Assembly (NCBI GenBank): GCA_010093605.1
Contig: MU004192.1
Span: 1,467,920 to 1,513,500 of the forward strand
Length of the DNA stretch: 45,581 bases
Direction of reading: 5' to 3'
Source of the DNA: Lophium mytilinum
Taxonomy: Eukaryota
Part shown: piece after piece, positions 23,726 through 36,602 of the stretch
How positions within the stretch are numbered: position 1 is the stretch's first letter
Layout of the letters: every line of letters starts with the position of its first letter
Position numbers and translations under genes: made by a program
The notes under the pieces: model-generated
Database searches by the model: none
What the model saw: only the letters and a program-made list of their open reading frames with translations
What the model was told of the DNA's origin: nothing

Positions 23726-24613
23726 ATGTCGTCCATGAGAAATGCGGTCCAGCGCCGCAACCATAGAGAGCGCGCTCAGCCTGAGGAGCGGGCGAAATGG
23801 GGTCTTCTCGAGAAGTCAAAAGGTAGGATCCTGCAGGGAACATACTCAATCTCAAATGCAGCAGAATACTAACGCTCTCCAGACTACAAACTACGTGCTC
23901 AGGATTTCCGTACGAAGAAGCAAAAACTCAGAGCCCTGAAGTCCAAAGCTGCGGACCGCAACCCGGACGAATTCTCCTTCAAGATGCTGAGCTCGAAAGC
24001 CGATAACGGGCGCAAGCTCGGCGATCGGGGCAATAAAGCGTTGAGCATGGATGTGGTCAAGCTGCTCAAGACTCAAGATATTGGATATGTGCGGACAATG
24101 CTGCAGGCGACGCGGAAGGAGAGGGAGAAGCTGGAGCAGGAGGTTGTGATGGGCAAGACTGGCGTTAGGACGTTCAATGAGGCCGAGGCGGGGAAGAAGG
24201 GCAGCCATATGGTGTTTGTGGAGAGTGCCGAGGAGCAGAAGGCCTTTAAGCCTGAAGAGTGGTTTGGGACATCTGCAGAGGGGCTGGATAAGGCATGGAA
24301 CCGGCCGCGGAACTCCGCGGTGGATCAAGAGCAGGGAGACGGCGACGAACTTGGGACCACTTCTACGGCGAAACTGCCCAAAAAACAGCAAGAAATCGAG
24401 GCCGCCAAACGCAAGGAAGAACGCTCGTTGAAGAAGAAGCGTGAGGGGGCTCAACTGTCACGCATGTCCCGGCTGGAAGCTTTGAAAGCCAGAGAGCGAG
24501 ATCTGAAGAGCGTCGAGGATGAGCTGGAGACACAAAGAGCCAAGATGGCTGGCACCATTGGCGGTGTCAACAAAAACGGGGTCAAATATAAGGTCAGGGA
24601 ACGAAAACGCTGA
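23726..24613 (+). CDS. UTP11: U3 snoRNA-associated protein 11 (SSU processome), ~275 aa; exons 23726-23822, 23883-24613
   Basis: [58 protein letters not shown] and C-terminal YKVRERKR. A 60-bp intron has a TACTAAC branch site. Confidence 0.95.
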
Positions 24614-24794
24614 TGGAGATGTCTGGTGGCACAATTGCGCAATGCTCGGTATATGGCATTCGACCAGAGACTTTCACAGCACTCTGCGAGTCAATTTGCA
24701 GTATGTCCACAATGTTTCGTATCTATTGGACATACGTTGACTATATTACAGCTTTACACTCTTCGAGCGAACCCGGTGTCAAGAGCATAGACAC

Positions 24795-25645
24795 CTATAA
24801 CTTGCTCGGCATCCTCATTGCGCCATCCAACCTCAACACCGTTCCGTTCAGCATCTGATTCTCAACACACTCCATAACCAGCCTCGCAAATTCCTCTGGC
24901 TGTCCTGCCCTCTTTGGGAATTCCATCACTCGCTCCAATCCTTGCCGCACCTTTGCTCCCATCACCTTGGTCATGTTGCTCTCGAACAGACTGGGTGCGA
25001 TTGTCACTGCCCGAATACCATATTTCGACAAGTCTCGCGCGAGGGGCAATGTGAGCGACGCAACCGCGCCTTTCGAAGCGGCATACGCTACCTGTCCCAT
25101 CTGGCCCTCAAAAGCCGCGGAAGAGGCTATCATTATCAGGACGCCGCGCTCGCCGTCGGGACTCGTGGCGGTGTTTGTGGTTATGTATGGGAGGGTTTGG
25201 CGGATTAGGTCGAGTGTGCCGCGCAAATTTATGTTGAGAACGAAGTCGATAGAGGAGAGCGCCAGAGGGGTGTTTGTCTTGTCTATAATCTGCGAATGGT
25301 ATTCGAATTAGAGACAGCCTTCGCATAATATAGCAACGGGGTATAGCTCACCAATCCAGGCAATCCGACACCTGCACCTGCGACCACTCCCCCTATGCTT
25401 TTCCCTGTGCTTTTGACCCACGCTACCGTCCCTTCTACTGCTGCAGCTATCGAGTCGGTCTCCGATACGTCTGTCTCGAAGAACTTTGCCCTTTCGCCTA
25501 GCTCTCGAACGACCTCGGCCCCTGAGTCTGCGTTTAGATCGAGGAGAGAGACGTATGCGCCTGCGGAGTGAAGGGAGCGGGCGGTTGCGAGACCGAGGCC
25601 GGATACGCCTCCAGAAATGAGAAATGTGCGGTCCTGGGGCTTCAT
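24795..25645 (-). CDS. Short-chain dehydrogenase, 3-hydroxyacyl-CoA dehydrogenase type-2 (HSD17B10-like), ~262 aa; exons 25645-25352, 25289-24795
   Basis: SGGVSGLG Rossmann motif, DGERGV, ASSAAFEGQMGQVAYAASKG (YxxxK) and LNGTVLRLDGAMRM. In-frame intron 25290-25351. Confidence 0.92.
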
Positions 25646-26087
25646 CGTTGGTTTGGGGGGGAGAAGGCGTTTGTGGGGAGCTGTTGTGGACTATATGGGC
25701 AGTCTATTTAGGACAAGGTCTAGATATGTATACAGTAGCTGGATTATCGTGGTCGTAGTGTGAAAGACGACGTGGTAGGTTTGGTGTTGAGAGTTCGTGA
25801 CGCGGGCGTGGGTTCGCATGTGAATGTTCCCGAGGTTCCCCACACTCTTAGCGGCGTTCTGCTTTGGGCTAGTGGGTTTTTAGTTGGAAAGCTGCTTAGT
25901 ATAAGAAATGCGTATTGCGCAGATTCAGATACAATTCTGTATTATGCGGTTGCGCTCGTTCTCTAAAAATGGGCTCGGGACACTCTATGGCGAAAGACGG
26001 AAGGCATTGTAAATGGTAAAATGCGCTAGAGGGAATCTCCCAACCTGATATACAGTAATACTGAGAGTGATCCTGTTTGTATATTAT

Positions 26088-27883
26088 TCAATACTCCGGG
26101 AAGTCGGGGTCTATCCTCTTTCTCCAAGCTCTCAAACCATCTCTAATATCCCCTATCCAACGCGTGCCGCCGCCATCAAGACCCAACTCTTTCATTTTAC
26201 CAACCGCGAGTTGAGAATCGTTTCCGAGTCTACAAACAACATATATTGGCCTGTCCTCCGCCAAGTTGCGCAGCTGCGCAACCCAACCATCTTCCGAAGG
26301 AGGTTGTGACAAAGGGTCGGTCGATGCGGTTGCAGAACTACGGCATATCGCGGAGTATGGTATATTGATGCTCCCCTCTAAATTGCCTAGTTCGAATTGA
26401 ACTTTTTCGCGGACATCTACAAGTATGTGTTCCTTAATGCTAGGCTGCGTGTTCATGGCGGCGTCTGAGCTATTATACAGTCGAGAGTATTCCACTACAG
26501 ACACTCGCTCCGTAGCAGCAAGGGCATCTATAGGGCTTACAGCTCCACAGAACTGTACGTAGTCGAGAGATCCGGACTCAAGCGCTTCTCGTGTCACAGT
26601 AGCCTGTGCGGAGCAGGCGCTACATTTTGCTTTCCTGGTCCGAAGGCGTATTGAGCGGAAGGGCGGATTGGAGAAGGCAGAAAATAGTAGTAAAGACGGT
26701 GGCTCAGATGACCTTGAGGGATTAGAGACATCGTCTCCGGACGGAGAACCCTGTTGAGAAGATTTCGAATCGGAGTCTGAATACCGCTGGATGCCTTTTG
26801 TAATGATTTTAATCGTCTCAAGGGCTTGCAGGACCCCCATAGTTCCCACAACAGGCCCTAGAATGCCGCCGTCACCACAACTCACCACGCTTGCTGCGGG
26901 GGGCGGCTTTGGAAAGACACATCTATAACAAGGCCCGCCTTGTGCGTTTCCGGCTGGTAGTGGAGGGTTGTTCAAAACCATGAGTTGGCCTTCGGTGCGA
27001 AGTGCGGAAGCTGAAACTAGAGGCTTTTCTAGCAGCACACAGGAATCCGATATCAAGTATCGAGATGCTGGTGTGTCTGTACAGTCGAGAATGACATCGT
27101 ATTGGTCGAAGATATCGAGCGCAATCTCTGCGGTCAAACGTTTATGGTAGGGGACATACTTGACCGTCGGATTCAGTCTATGGAAAATGTTAGTCTGTAT
27201 AGAAGTAAAGCACAATAAGAACGAGACTCTGCTCCTCCTTCAGAATTGAAAATGCTAGGGAAAGATTACCTACGATTTCAGCGAAGCTATAGCACTATCA
27301 ACCTTCGCCATATCGACGCGCTCGGTGCTATGCAGAATTTGTCGGTGGAGATTAGACTCCTCTACAGTATCGCCATCTATCAATCCTATCGTACCTACAC
27401 CAGCCCCCGCAAGGTAGGCTGCCGCAGGGCATCCCAAGCCGCCCACACCAACCACTAATACCGCTGAGGATCTCAGGCGTAATTGACCTGTTTTCCAGCA
27501 TTAGATCGTCAGACTCGACAACGTCGAAAAAGCCCGACGGGCAGTAGTTGAAGTGCATTTGTATAGGCGAAGGTACCTGTCAATCCGATTTCAGACATTA
27601 TGAGCTGTCGCCCATACCGTCTGTATTCGTGCTTGTCTAGTGGCCATATTTTTGCGACCTTTTGTCCTTTCTCCTGGTGCGAGAAACCTTCCGAGGTTTC
27701 CGTTGGATGTGAACTGGGAGCTACATTAACTAGACTTAGTGGAGTCTGCCCAGTTGCGGCCCCGGATGAGATGTCACGGTGGCTCTCGGCTTCGAAAAGC
27801 TGGTCCCGCAACCGTTGAAGCTGAGTTTCACAGGAAGCAATCTGGGCATGCAAGGCCACAATCTGCGCGTCGACAGATGACAT
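26088..27883 (-). CDS. UBA4: Adenylyltransferase/sulfurtransferase UBA4 (MOCS3/CnxF; ThiF + rhodanese), ~536 aa; exons 27883-27577, 27487-27274, 27177-26088
   Basis: [59 protein letters not shown], rhodanese loop VCRLGNDSQ and C-terminal IDPDFPEY. Two GT-AG introns preserve the frame. Confidence 0.95.
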
Positions 27884-28271
27884 GGCGTGTAGTGTTGGAT
27901 CGCTTCCTACAGCGATTTGTTTTCTTCGTTGACTGGAGTGTGTCTGGAGATGGATTGAAGCGAAACGTTTGATAAGAAGTATTTGGCCGCCGCGCACGTG
28001 ACTCATCGATTACTACCATGTACTAATCAAAATAGATTCTTCACAGCGAGGTTTCTACGTGCTTGCAAACTAATGAAGCATGATAGTTCCTCTATATAGT
28101 TCATACCAACTCGAATAAAACAGTGCTTTCAGGCAGCCGGAGCTAGACTAGAGTAGTAGAGCTTGCTACGGGGCTATAAAGTAGTTTTTCGATAGACAGA
28201 ACCGGCGATTTCTTTGGTAGTAATTCGTTTTCATGAGCTCAGAGATCTCATATTTAGCTTGCGTTACTGAG

Positions 28272-29537
28272 TTAATCTCGCATCTCTTCATATTCCGGGA
28301 GGTCCCATCCCTTTACATTCTCCTTGAGCATCCACTTCCCAACATTCACCTTGAAGAGAGAGGCCACTCCCAGGATACAGTGCATGATGGCAATACCGAA
28401 TGCCGTCGATGGGATCATGTCTGGCCCTGTGTCTTCCAAGACCCCTTTCTGTACTTGTTTCATGAATGGCTGGAATTTTTGTTCGTAAGCCATGAGCGCA
28501 GTCGCAAGGCCGTCCTTTGCACCGTCAACCCTAGGGCCCTCTCTACTAGGGCGCCCACAGTGTCTCCCTATCTCCCCTGCTAATATATAAGCACCCACAA
28601 TAGCAGAGGTCGTACCCATTCCTGTATTTGCCGACGGGCAATAGGCGGCGTCTCCAACGAGTGCCACGCGGCCCCGGTACCAAGACTCCAGCTTGACAAG
28701 GCCCAAGCGCTCACAGTAGAAGTCGTTGGCGTCCTTCATAGACTTTATGATCTCGTCTGTTTGCCATCCGGCACCTTGGAAGATCTCTGACAAAGCTTCC
28801 TTTTCCTCCCTGACATCACCCCGACGAGCGTTTTTGAGTCGCTCCGAATCCGTCGTGCCGCCAAGATATACCTGAATCTCGTTTGGGCTGTGTCTTCGAG
28901 TCATCACTCCCCGTCTTCCAGGAGCCATGTATTGTGTGGCAATGTATCCTTCCCCTTCCTGTATCGGCCGCGGAATGGTGAAGTATGCAACGCAGACACC
29001 ATTAAGCGGATAAAATCCGTCGGCAGTGTCAGATCCCAGCATCATCTTGCGCGTGCGCGACCCCTGGCCGTCGGCGCCGACCAAGAGATCAAAGCAGTTG
29101 GTGCTCCCGTCCGTGAACCGAACCTCAACGGAGCCATCTTTGTCGTCGAAGCTCTCGATGGACGTCCCAAAGATATAGGCCGTCCGATCCTTGGTGGCGT
29201 CGTGTATAATGCGACAGAGATCCCCTCTCATAATCTCATATTCGGTAGTGAAGTTCTGCGGTCCTTTGCCAGTTGTGTTCGCGGGGAAGTAAGCCCGCCG
29301 GCTGCCCGACTTGTCGACTATCTGCAGGCCCTGCTCGGGGGCTAACTTGGAGTGATAAGCCTCTTCAAGGCCCATACGCTTCATGACCTCGATTCCGTGC
29401 CCACGTAGGTCTATCTGGAGCCCCGTTGCTCGCAGGCTAGGGAATCGCTCGGCTACGGTGACGTCGTGTCCTAGTTTCGAGAGCCAGAAGGCGAGGGCAT
29501 TGCCAGCAATACCCCCACCGTTGATGAGGACCTTCAT
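28272..29537 (-). CDS. FAD-dependent monooxygenase/oxidoreductase (FAD_binding_3 type), 421 aa, intronless
   Basis: GGGIAG, DLLVGADG and GRVALVGDAAYCPS...GMG motifs. Confidence 0.93.
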   Translation of the reverse strand: MKVLINGGGIAGNALAFWLSKLGHDVTVAERFPSLRATGLQIDLRGHGIEVMKRMGLEEAYHSKLAPEQGLQIVDKSGSRRAYFPANTTGKGPQNFTTEYEIMRGDLCRIIHDATKDRTAYIFGTSIESFDDKDGSVEVRFTDGSTNCFDLLVGADGQGSRTRKMMLGSDTADGFYPLNGVCVAYFTIPRPIQEGEGYIATQYMAPGRRGVMTRRHSPNEIQVYLGGTTDSERLKNARRGDVREEKEALSEIFQGAGWQTDEIIKSMKDANDFYCERLGLVKLESWYRGRVALVGDAAYCPSANTGMGTTSAIVGAYILAGEIGRHCGRPSREGPRVDGAKDGLATALMAYEQKFQPFMKQVQKGVLEDTGPDMIPSTAFGIAIMHCILGVASLFKVNVGKWMLKENVKGWDLPEYEEMRD

Positions 29538-30050
29538 TCGTGCTGGAACCTATTTGATGCCGTGCGCACTCGGAATGGAATGAAAAGAAGATATCAGAGG
29601 CTTTGGATCGATCACAAGGGTACTGAGGGTGTTACCTAGCGAGATCTTTAGGTATAAGGCAATTTTCGAGTGTTCCGACTGATGGACGAAAACAGGCAGT
29701 GCTAATACCTGGGGAATGTTAAGTAGTGGTCGTAGATCATCTCCTCGGTATTTTGTCTCAGCTGCGACGAATTATCTCCGGGAGGCCGTCACATTCCCCG
29801 TCTCGGTCGTAAGAATGAGGTAGGCCGCTAAATGACCGAAGCAGCTCTAGCTACTGCATCCCGCTTGTAGACATGTGTTTCTTTGCTGCCATTGCTTCAA
29901 GTCCTTCGGTGCAGCGTTAGAGCTCTGGAATTTTCCGTTTTGAAAAATCGGTGAACTGGCCGGGCAACCTCAGACGATGGCTGGAAGACTGGAAATGTAA
30001 GCCAACCATCTCTTGAGTTTTCTGAACACATACCCAAGTATCGCGGTATA

Positions 30051-32261
30051 CTAATAAGAAAAGCTTTCATCTGGAAAGAAAAATTCCATGTCTAAGTCAA
30101 ACTCATCATAGCCCTCTTGCCCGCTTCCAAGACCTATTGATGGGAGGCCCGTATCGATAGCAGCACCAACTCGTGTCTGTAGTAGATTATGGCATAGCTC
30201 AAGGCTATTGGTTGCGCTCTGTGCAATATGGAGTTCGGACGAAGCACCTGCTTCTATCGCTTCGGTCTGTGCCAAAATCATAGTCAGAAACATATAACTT
30301 TTGATGTTAGTTTCACCTTGCCGAATACGCTCCAAAGACAATGAAGCCATGTCTTTTACGGCTTGCTTGAGAACCTGTCTGTACTGGGAGTTGTGACACA
30401 ATGTCCCGTCCAGGCACTGCGACTCGGCTTGGGCAATAAGCTCAAGACTGATAACTGTGGTTGCCAGCCTGATTCCCTCTCTGAAAATGCCTCCATCGAC
30501 AGCCATCAGGTGGGAGAAGCTTTCGTCTTGCTCGGGCGAGATGATGGCCATGGCAGCATCCAGGCTTGTGGTGAGCGAATAGGAGAATAGTGGGTTCGTC
30601 CGCGCTTTGCTAGCAAACGGGCAGTGCAGAGGGATCAAGAACCGACGCACTAGATAATGAAGCATGTTACGGTGAAAAGGCGTCACGCCATAGCCCTCGT
30701 TCGCTTTCATGAAGCTACTACACGCCCGATATGCGTCGGTTATCTCTGAGCTCAGGGCTAGGACATCCATGTAAGAAAGTTCGGAGTGCAAGCCGTTCAG
30801 AAGGTGGAGGATCCGGAGGCGGGTTGGCAGTGACTCGAATAGAGTAAGCTGGATCGAAGTTGCGGTGTAGGTGCTCTTGGGGTGAGGCAGGAGTGTCGTG
30901 GTCGAATCGTCCATCTCTTCGTCGTTGATGTTGCAAGGCGCCCCCGTATCAAACTCTTCGAAAGAGATCCTGGGCGGCATTGCTGAGTCTAGAGACGACT
31001 GTACAACCATCTCGAGTATAGTTACCCAAAGCCTTCTACGGAGCTCGGCTTGCAACACAGGCATAGCTGGGAGATATTTTGGATCACGATGTAAGCCTAT
31101 CTGCATACCTCTGTGTATGAGCGAACCCATTGACATCCAGACCAGGTCGCCGCCAATTGAGAAGATTTGTCGCGCCAACACCGTTAGGCAGTGGATTTGT
31201 AGCCCGGTGATGTCTAGGCGGTCCTTTTTCAACGGTCCGGAAAGCCATGTCTGAGCAGCATATATCCATCTGCGAACCATGTCACGAAAACTAGCATCCG
31301 TATCTCCATGATTGGATAGACTAGACCCTATCCCAATGACGAGAAGAATCTTAAGGCGTAAGTCGATCGTAACACTTTCTGGATGTGTCCAATATCTCTC
31401 GTACTGGGTCCGGAAGGTAGGGCCGTGGAGTATCCGATGTATCGACTCAAACGATTGGAAATACAGGGTTACCATGATGTCTGCCACTTCGCGGGACGGG
31501 GGTGTGAGGCCGAAGCCAGCACATGAGAGACACTTGCTGGGCCGCCCTATCTTGATCATCCTTGCGAGATTCTTGCACTTCTGAAGTAGATCACCAATTT
31601 GGATAACTAGGGCTCTGGTTTCAGCGCCTTGGAATAAGGTCCCGCTGCCGTCGCCGCCAGCCTCAGCATAGCAGGCAATGATGAGTGCGAATTCTTGAGC
31701 CATGCCCATCCAGTGGCTCCATGTGAAGATCCTTGTCTTGTTGAGGATTATCTGCGAGTCTTGCAGGCCGGACTGACGCGTGAGTATGTTTCGACCAGTC
31801 TCGGCCAGTCCGTGAATGGGGCTTGAAGCCGAAGATTGCTCGAGGATCTGTACCCGCTGCAAAAGATCCCGGAGATTTGGTCCTTCGTCTTGGGCTCGGT
31901 TTCGAATGCCCTGCTTGAGACCATAGGTATCTGGGGTGTCATTCTGCCTAGCTGCCGCTGCCGCTGTTGCTGTGGCCTGGAGCTCAGGTGGAAAATCACC
32001 ATGCACTGTGGTCGGTCTGTTGGTGCTGTTTCGTTGGACCCGGGCTACAGACGAAGTAGCGTAGATCGACGGGCTCGGAGACGAGCCCAATGAGCCGCCT
32101 GGCTGGACGACGGGCTTATTGCTACGAATAGTGTAGGCACATTGCGTTTCAGTAGAGACACAATGGGCGCATGGGTCGCTTCTGTCACACTTGATCTTGC
32201 GGCGCCGGCATTCAATGCATGACAGGGCCGGTCTTCGTCGTCGGCGAAGTTCTCGGTCCAT
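30051..32261 (-). CDS. Zn(II)2Cys6 transcription factor with fungal-specific TF middle region, 736 aa, intronless
   Basis: CIECRRRKIKCDRSDPCAHCVSTETQC, and MQIGLHRDP...AELRRRLWVTILE. Confidence 0.95.
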   Translation of the reverse strand: MDRELRRRRRPALSCIECRRRKIKCDRSDPCAHCVSTETQCAYTIRSNKPVVQPGGSLGSSPSPSIYATSSVARVQRNSTNRPTTVHGDFPPELQATATAAAAARQNDTPDTYGLKQGIRNRAQDEGPNLRDLLQRVQILEQSSASSPIHGLAETGRNILTRQSGLQDSQIILNKTRIFTWSHWMGMAQEFALIIACYAEAGGDGSGTLFQGAETRALVIQIGDLLQKCKNLARMIKIGRPSKCLSCAGFGLTPPSREVADIMVTLYFQSFESIHRILHGPTFRTQYERYWTHPESVTIDLRLKILLVIGIGSSLSNHGDTDASFRDMVRRWIYAAQTWLSGPLKKDRLDITGLQIHCLTVLARQIFSIGGDLVWMSMGSLIHRGMQIGLHRDPKYLPAMPVLQAELRRRLWVTILEMVVQSSLDSAMPPRISFEEFDTGAPCNINDEEMDDSTTTLLPHPKSTYTATSIQLTLFESLPTRLRILHLLNGLHSELSYMDVLALSSEITDAYRACSSFMKANEGYGVTPFHRNMLHYLVRRFLIPLHCPFASKARTNPLFSYSLTTSLDAAMAIISPEQDESFSHLMAVDGGIFREGIRLATTVISLELIAQAESQCLDGTLCHNSQYRQVLKQAVKDMASLSLERIRQGETNIKSYMFLTMILAQTEAIEAGASSELHIAQSATNSLELCHNLLQTRVGAAIDTGLPSIGLGSGQEGYDEFDLDMEFFFPDESFSY

Positions 32262-34287
32262 GAAGATGGTCCTGGAGTCCGTCGGCTGTGTTGTGGAAAG
32301 TTACCTCCGTAGTTAGGAACATGGGGAATTCGCGCGAGGCCGCGCAGACGGTTGTAAGTAATTTGCCGAAAAGCACGTCCTCGCTCAATCTTAACTCCGT
32401 TTAGCCCGTTCGTCGACCTAACTCATTTAGTGATACATATATAGACTGGACAAAAGCAGCTCGACGATTGCACACAGGCATAATGTCACTTCCCCGATTT
32501 GTCTGGAGTGAGCAGAGATCAATGATAGACGGAACGAGAACGAGCCTGGACGATTTGGGGTTTGTGTTGAGCCAAAGGACATGGTGCCTAAGGAAGTTTT
32601 GTATCAGAATACGTGCCACCTTATCAATATTAGCTTAATGGTGGGCTTGTGACGCTGTTTGATGCCCTCTTAGACCACATAGAAGATTACCACGCTGTCA
32701 TTCAGGTTACCAAGGTCTAGAAAGCGCCGGGATTCCCCAAGGGGCCCCCTAATAGCTTAACCTTGACTTCAATAAGCGTAATTGTTTGCGAGATTCCGCA
32801 CAGTCGCAGAAAAGTCTATTGTGGCTGGTTTCGGGATGAGAAAAGATTCTTCTAAGCATGTTGCAATCCAGATCAAGGTCCGGCCGCCACAGTATGCGAC
32901 GACTTCAAGGAAAGTCCCAAATCCCACCTCAACGACCACAGAATCTTATTGTGACGCGGGCATGCCAGCTCGTGAAGTTAGCAGCTGATTAGTTAGCTTC
33001 TGCATGCCGACTGCGATCCACCTTTGATAATGATTTGCGTCCGTAGCGGAAATATCCACAGTGACTCCATCGTAAGAGGGACTCCCTCGTCTATAATTCG
33101 GTATATAGAGAGGCCCTGTCGAGCGCCACGATGCGCAAAACTTGAATGATCCGGTGAATTGCTGAGGCTTGAGAAAACAGAGAAGAAGCGCATGAGTCGT
33201 GAGTCTAGTTCAAGGCGACAAAGGTTAGAGCAGCTTACAGGTGTCAGTCCACACAACCTGTCCGTTCTTCACTCATCATTCGAGGAGCACGATGGTCACT
33301 AATGAACTCTGCGTGACTATTCTTGAGGGGTTGAACGGCCCTTCGACGTGCTGCGATGACTGATGATAGCCGTGCTGACACGGGGTGAGATATGTAGACC
33401 TCTTTCCACCGTTGAATGGTGACTGCCCTCACCACCAGTAGGACTTGTGGAGGGATTATTCTATGGGGCTACTGAAGACCCCAACATTGCGCAGCCGGGC
33501 AGGTGGTCGGCGATGATAGATGCGTATCGAGCGGTTCTCGACTCCCAAGCCGTGAGATTGCGTCAACGGCGGTCAGACACATGACACGAAGGGGCGTTAG
33601 AAAAAGGGCAGTGTGGCCAGACGGACGCATCGCCTAGGAGCTCGAGGCGGAAGGACTAATTCAAAAGACATGAAGACGGCGAGAAAGTCCTGTGGAAGGA
33701 GAGGTGCTCGACAGGGGTGAACGCCCGCACCGAGACTCGGGCCGGTGAAACGAAGCAGGGGACCTCGAGACGTGCCCGACCGACCCACATCAGCCGCAAC
33801 GGGCTTCCAACGTTCCTCCAGCGTGCGCGTGGTGTTTACGCACTGCCGGCCCGGGCATCTCGGCTTCATTCCAACGATGCAGGTGCCAGTCGGCCCCCCT
33901 GCTCGAGCGAGTCACCGAGTCACGCTGACGGCGACAGGGCTGAGCGCGATGAGCACATCATGCAGGCTACTCATCGGCGACTGGCGGCTGGCTGGAGCGC
34001 TTGCTCTAGAACCTCAGGCAAGGCTATCGAGTTGACTGCCACACCGAGTCCAGCTGTCTTGCTTGTGTAAGTAAGTATCTATATCAGTCCGGGGCGACGC
34101 CGCGGTGCTGTTCCCTGAGCTTCCTCGCTGTTTTTCCTGCCGCATTTTCCCCTCCGCCAGCGCCTCTGGCATTTGAGACACCATCAGTCCGTGCGCCAGG
34201 CTGGATACAGATACACACTGACAGAGCCGCTCAAAACGACCCCGCAAGGCGGAGGAGCACCGTCACCCCACCGCCGCACCACCGACC

Positions 34288-36602
34288 ATGGTGTCCATCT
34301 GCAACACCTGTCAGAATCTGCAGAGACCGTCAAAGGCCCCCGATGGCGCCACCCACGAGCCGTTCCGCTGGCTCAAGACCACGCTGCCGGCCCTACGCCG
34401 ATCTGCCACTGCCGGGTGCCGCGGGTGCGCTCTAGTCCTGCAGGGCATACTTCTGCATCACGACCGTCTTGTGGGCGTAAACGAGGACGCCGTGCGCATC
34501 GCTGCCGAGTCCTTCACCGCCGTATCCGGCAAGCAGGTGCAGGACCATCTCTCGCTCGAGTTGCGGTGGACGGCTAGCGAGGACGACTGCGGTGAGGTAT
34601 CCGATGATGACCATCACCACCACGAACACGAACTCACGTATCCGGACTTGAAGCTAGAGTTCTATACCGACCAAGGTAAGAGTCATGTATTTCATTCCAT
34701 AGTTTTGATTTCATGTTTTTCTATCAATTTTCTTCCCAACTTTGGCTTCTCGGCTGGGGCCAGCTTCCGAGACACTGTTCCCGGCTGACTCGAGCAGATG
34801 GCCAATCCCCTTTCCCTGCCATTGGGCGTGGTCGGCGCATTTCAGACAACTTTTTCCAGGACGGTGGGCTGGAGCGTGCCAAAGCCATTATTGAAACATG
34901 TGTTTCGCATCACTCAAAATGCCAGAGGCGAACCCCGCCCTCCTTGCCACGCAGAGTCTTGGACGTCCATCACCACGACGGTTCTAACAGTATCAAGCTC
35001 TATGAAACTGCCACTTGTGCCAACGGAAGGTTCTCTGAGTCCGGGAATTACATAACTTTGTCTCATTGTTGGGGCATCGGTCAGAACATCCTGAGAACGA
35101 CCACGTCGAACCTTAAAGCACACCAAAACAGCATTCCTTGGTCTTCCTTGCCGAAGACTTTCCAAGAAGCAGTCGCCATTACTAGGGCTCTAGGCCTCCG
35201 TTACCTATGGGTGGATGCGCTGTGCATAGTCCAAGACGATGCCATAGAGTACGCGGAGCAGTCTCTCCAGATGGCCGAAATATACAGCAACTCCTTCCTG
35301 ACCGTGGCGGCCACTTCATCCCCTGACAGCACTTACGGCTGCATTCTGCCCAAGAAACAGCCCTTCAAGGTCCAGGCCACGGATAGCAAAGGATCGCTTT
35401 ACAAGATATATGTCCGCGAACAACCTTCTCACTACAGCTTCAAGGGTCAGTTTAACGAAGATGACCACATGAATGACTGGGTCATTCCATTCAACTGCTC
35501 GGATGAAGCCAACAGGGAGACGCCTCTCCTGAAAAGAGCTTGGGCATTTCAGGAGCGTTTGCTTTCGCCAAGAGTCCTGCATTTTACTTGGAGCGAGATG
35601 ATTCTCGAGTGCAGGGAGGCTATTCAGTGTGAGTGCGGTAGAGTCGATGATCCAATATACGATCCCCGGACTACCGACACTATCAAACGTGAATTTGCCG
35701 ATTTCACAGAACATCGCGTCCCGGAGCTGCTCGCCGCCAAGGACTCTTCGGATGCTATGGAGGGTGTAGTGCACCAGCTAGCCAATGCAGGTTTGGAAGA
35801 CTCCATTCCCAGTAGTACCCCGTCGAAGGAGGAGGCCATACAGCTCTGGAGCTACGTTGTCACTGAGTACTCATCTCGAAACCTGACTTTCGATCGAGAT
35901 AGGTTACTGGCAATTGCCGGAGTCGCGAAACAATTTGCGCCAGTATTAGGCGGCTACATTGCTGGACAATGGACATCGAGCACACTAAACCTTCTATGGT
36001 ATCCCAGTAATCCATCCATTTGTAGGAGACCGCACCCTAGTTCGACGCCTGTTCCATCTTGGTCTTGGGCGGCTATTGAAGGATCGTCAATTGAGTTCGA
36101 CAACTCCACTGCGATGGATCTCGGCTGTAGAGCTATATTTCCCGCAAACAGCGATCGAAACACTTCCAGTCCAGAAGCCTGGTCTCCAACGTCTGGCCAG
36201 GCTATAGAACTTAGTGCAGCTATGCTCACAGAGGTCGTCTTGAAAATCGATGACGAAAGCAATTTTACCCTCATGAAGCACAACGTTGGTGTTGAGTTCA
36301 CACCAGACGTCGGCGTGCCTCGAGGTGACGATGCGTTAGCATCAGGAGACACTCTGGTCTGCGTCTTGGCCAGCATGACATGGCGGTCATCCATCATTGG
36401 GCTAGTTCTCAAAGCTACGAAGTTGCAGCCACAGGCATACCGTCGTGTAGGCCGTTTTGAATGCTATGAATGCGAGCAGGAAGGACAAACGGACGACAGC
36501 GAGTCTCAAGATGCCGAAGCTTTGCTCACCCTGTGGTTTCCTGAGATCGAGGACATGACACAGCTTGACGAAGGCCCATTAACGACCATCTCTGTGGTGT
36601 AG
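34288..36602 (+). CDS. HET-domain (heterokaryon incompatibility, TOL-like) protein, ~730 aa; exons 34288-34675, 34798-36602
   Basis: LPRRVLDV, YITLSHCWG, LPKTFQEAV...YLWVDALCIVQDD, PLLKRAWAFQERLLSPRVLHF, YSSRNLTFDRDRL and PSWSWA. Phase-1 intron GTAAGA...GCTGAC...CAG. Confidence 0.93.

Noticed and set aside
32400..34250. Small ORFs between the TF and HET genes
   Set aside because: No recognisable domains. Consistent with a divergent promoter/UTR region.
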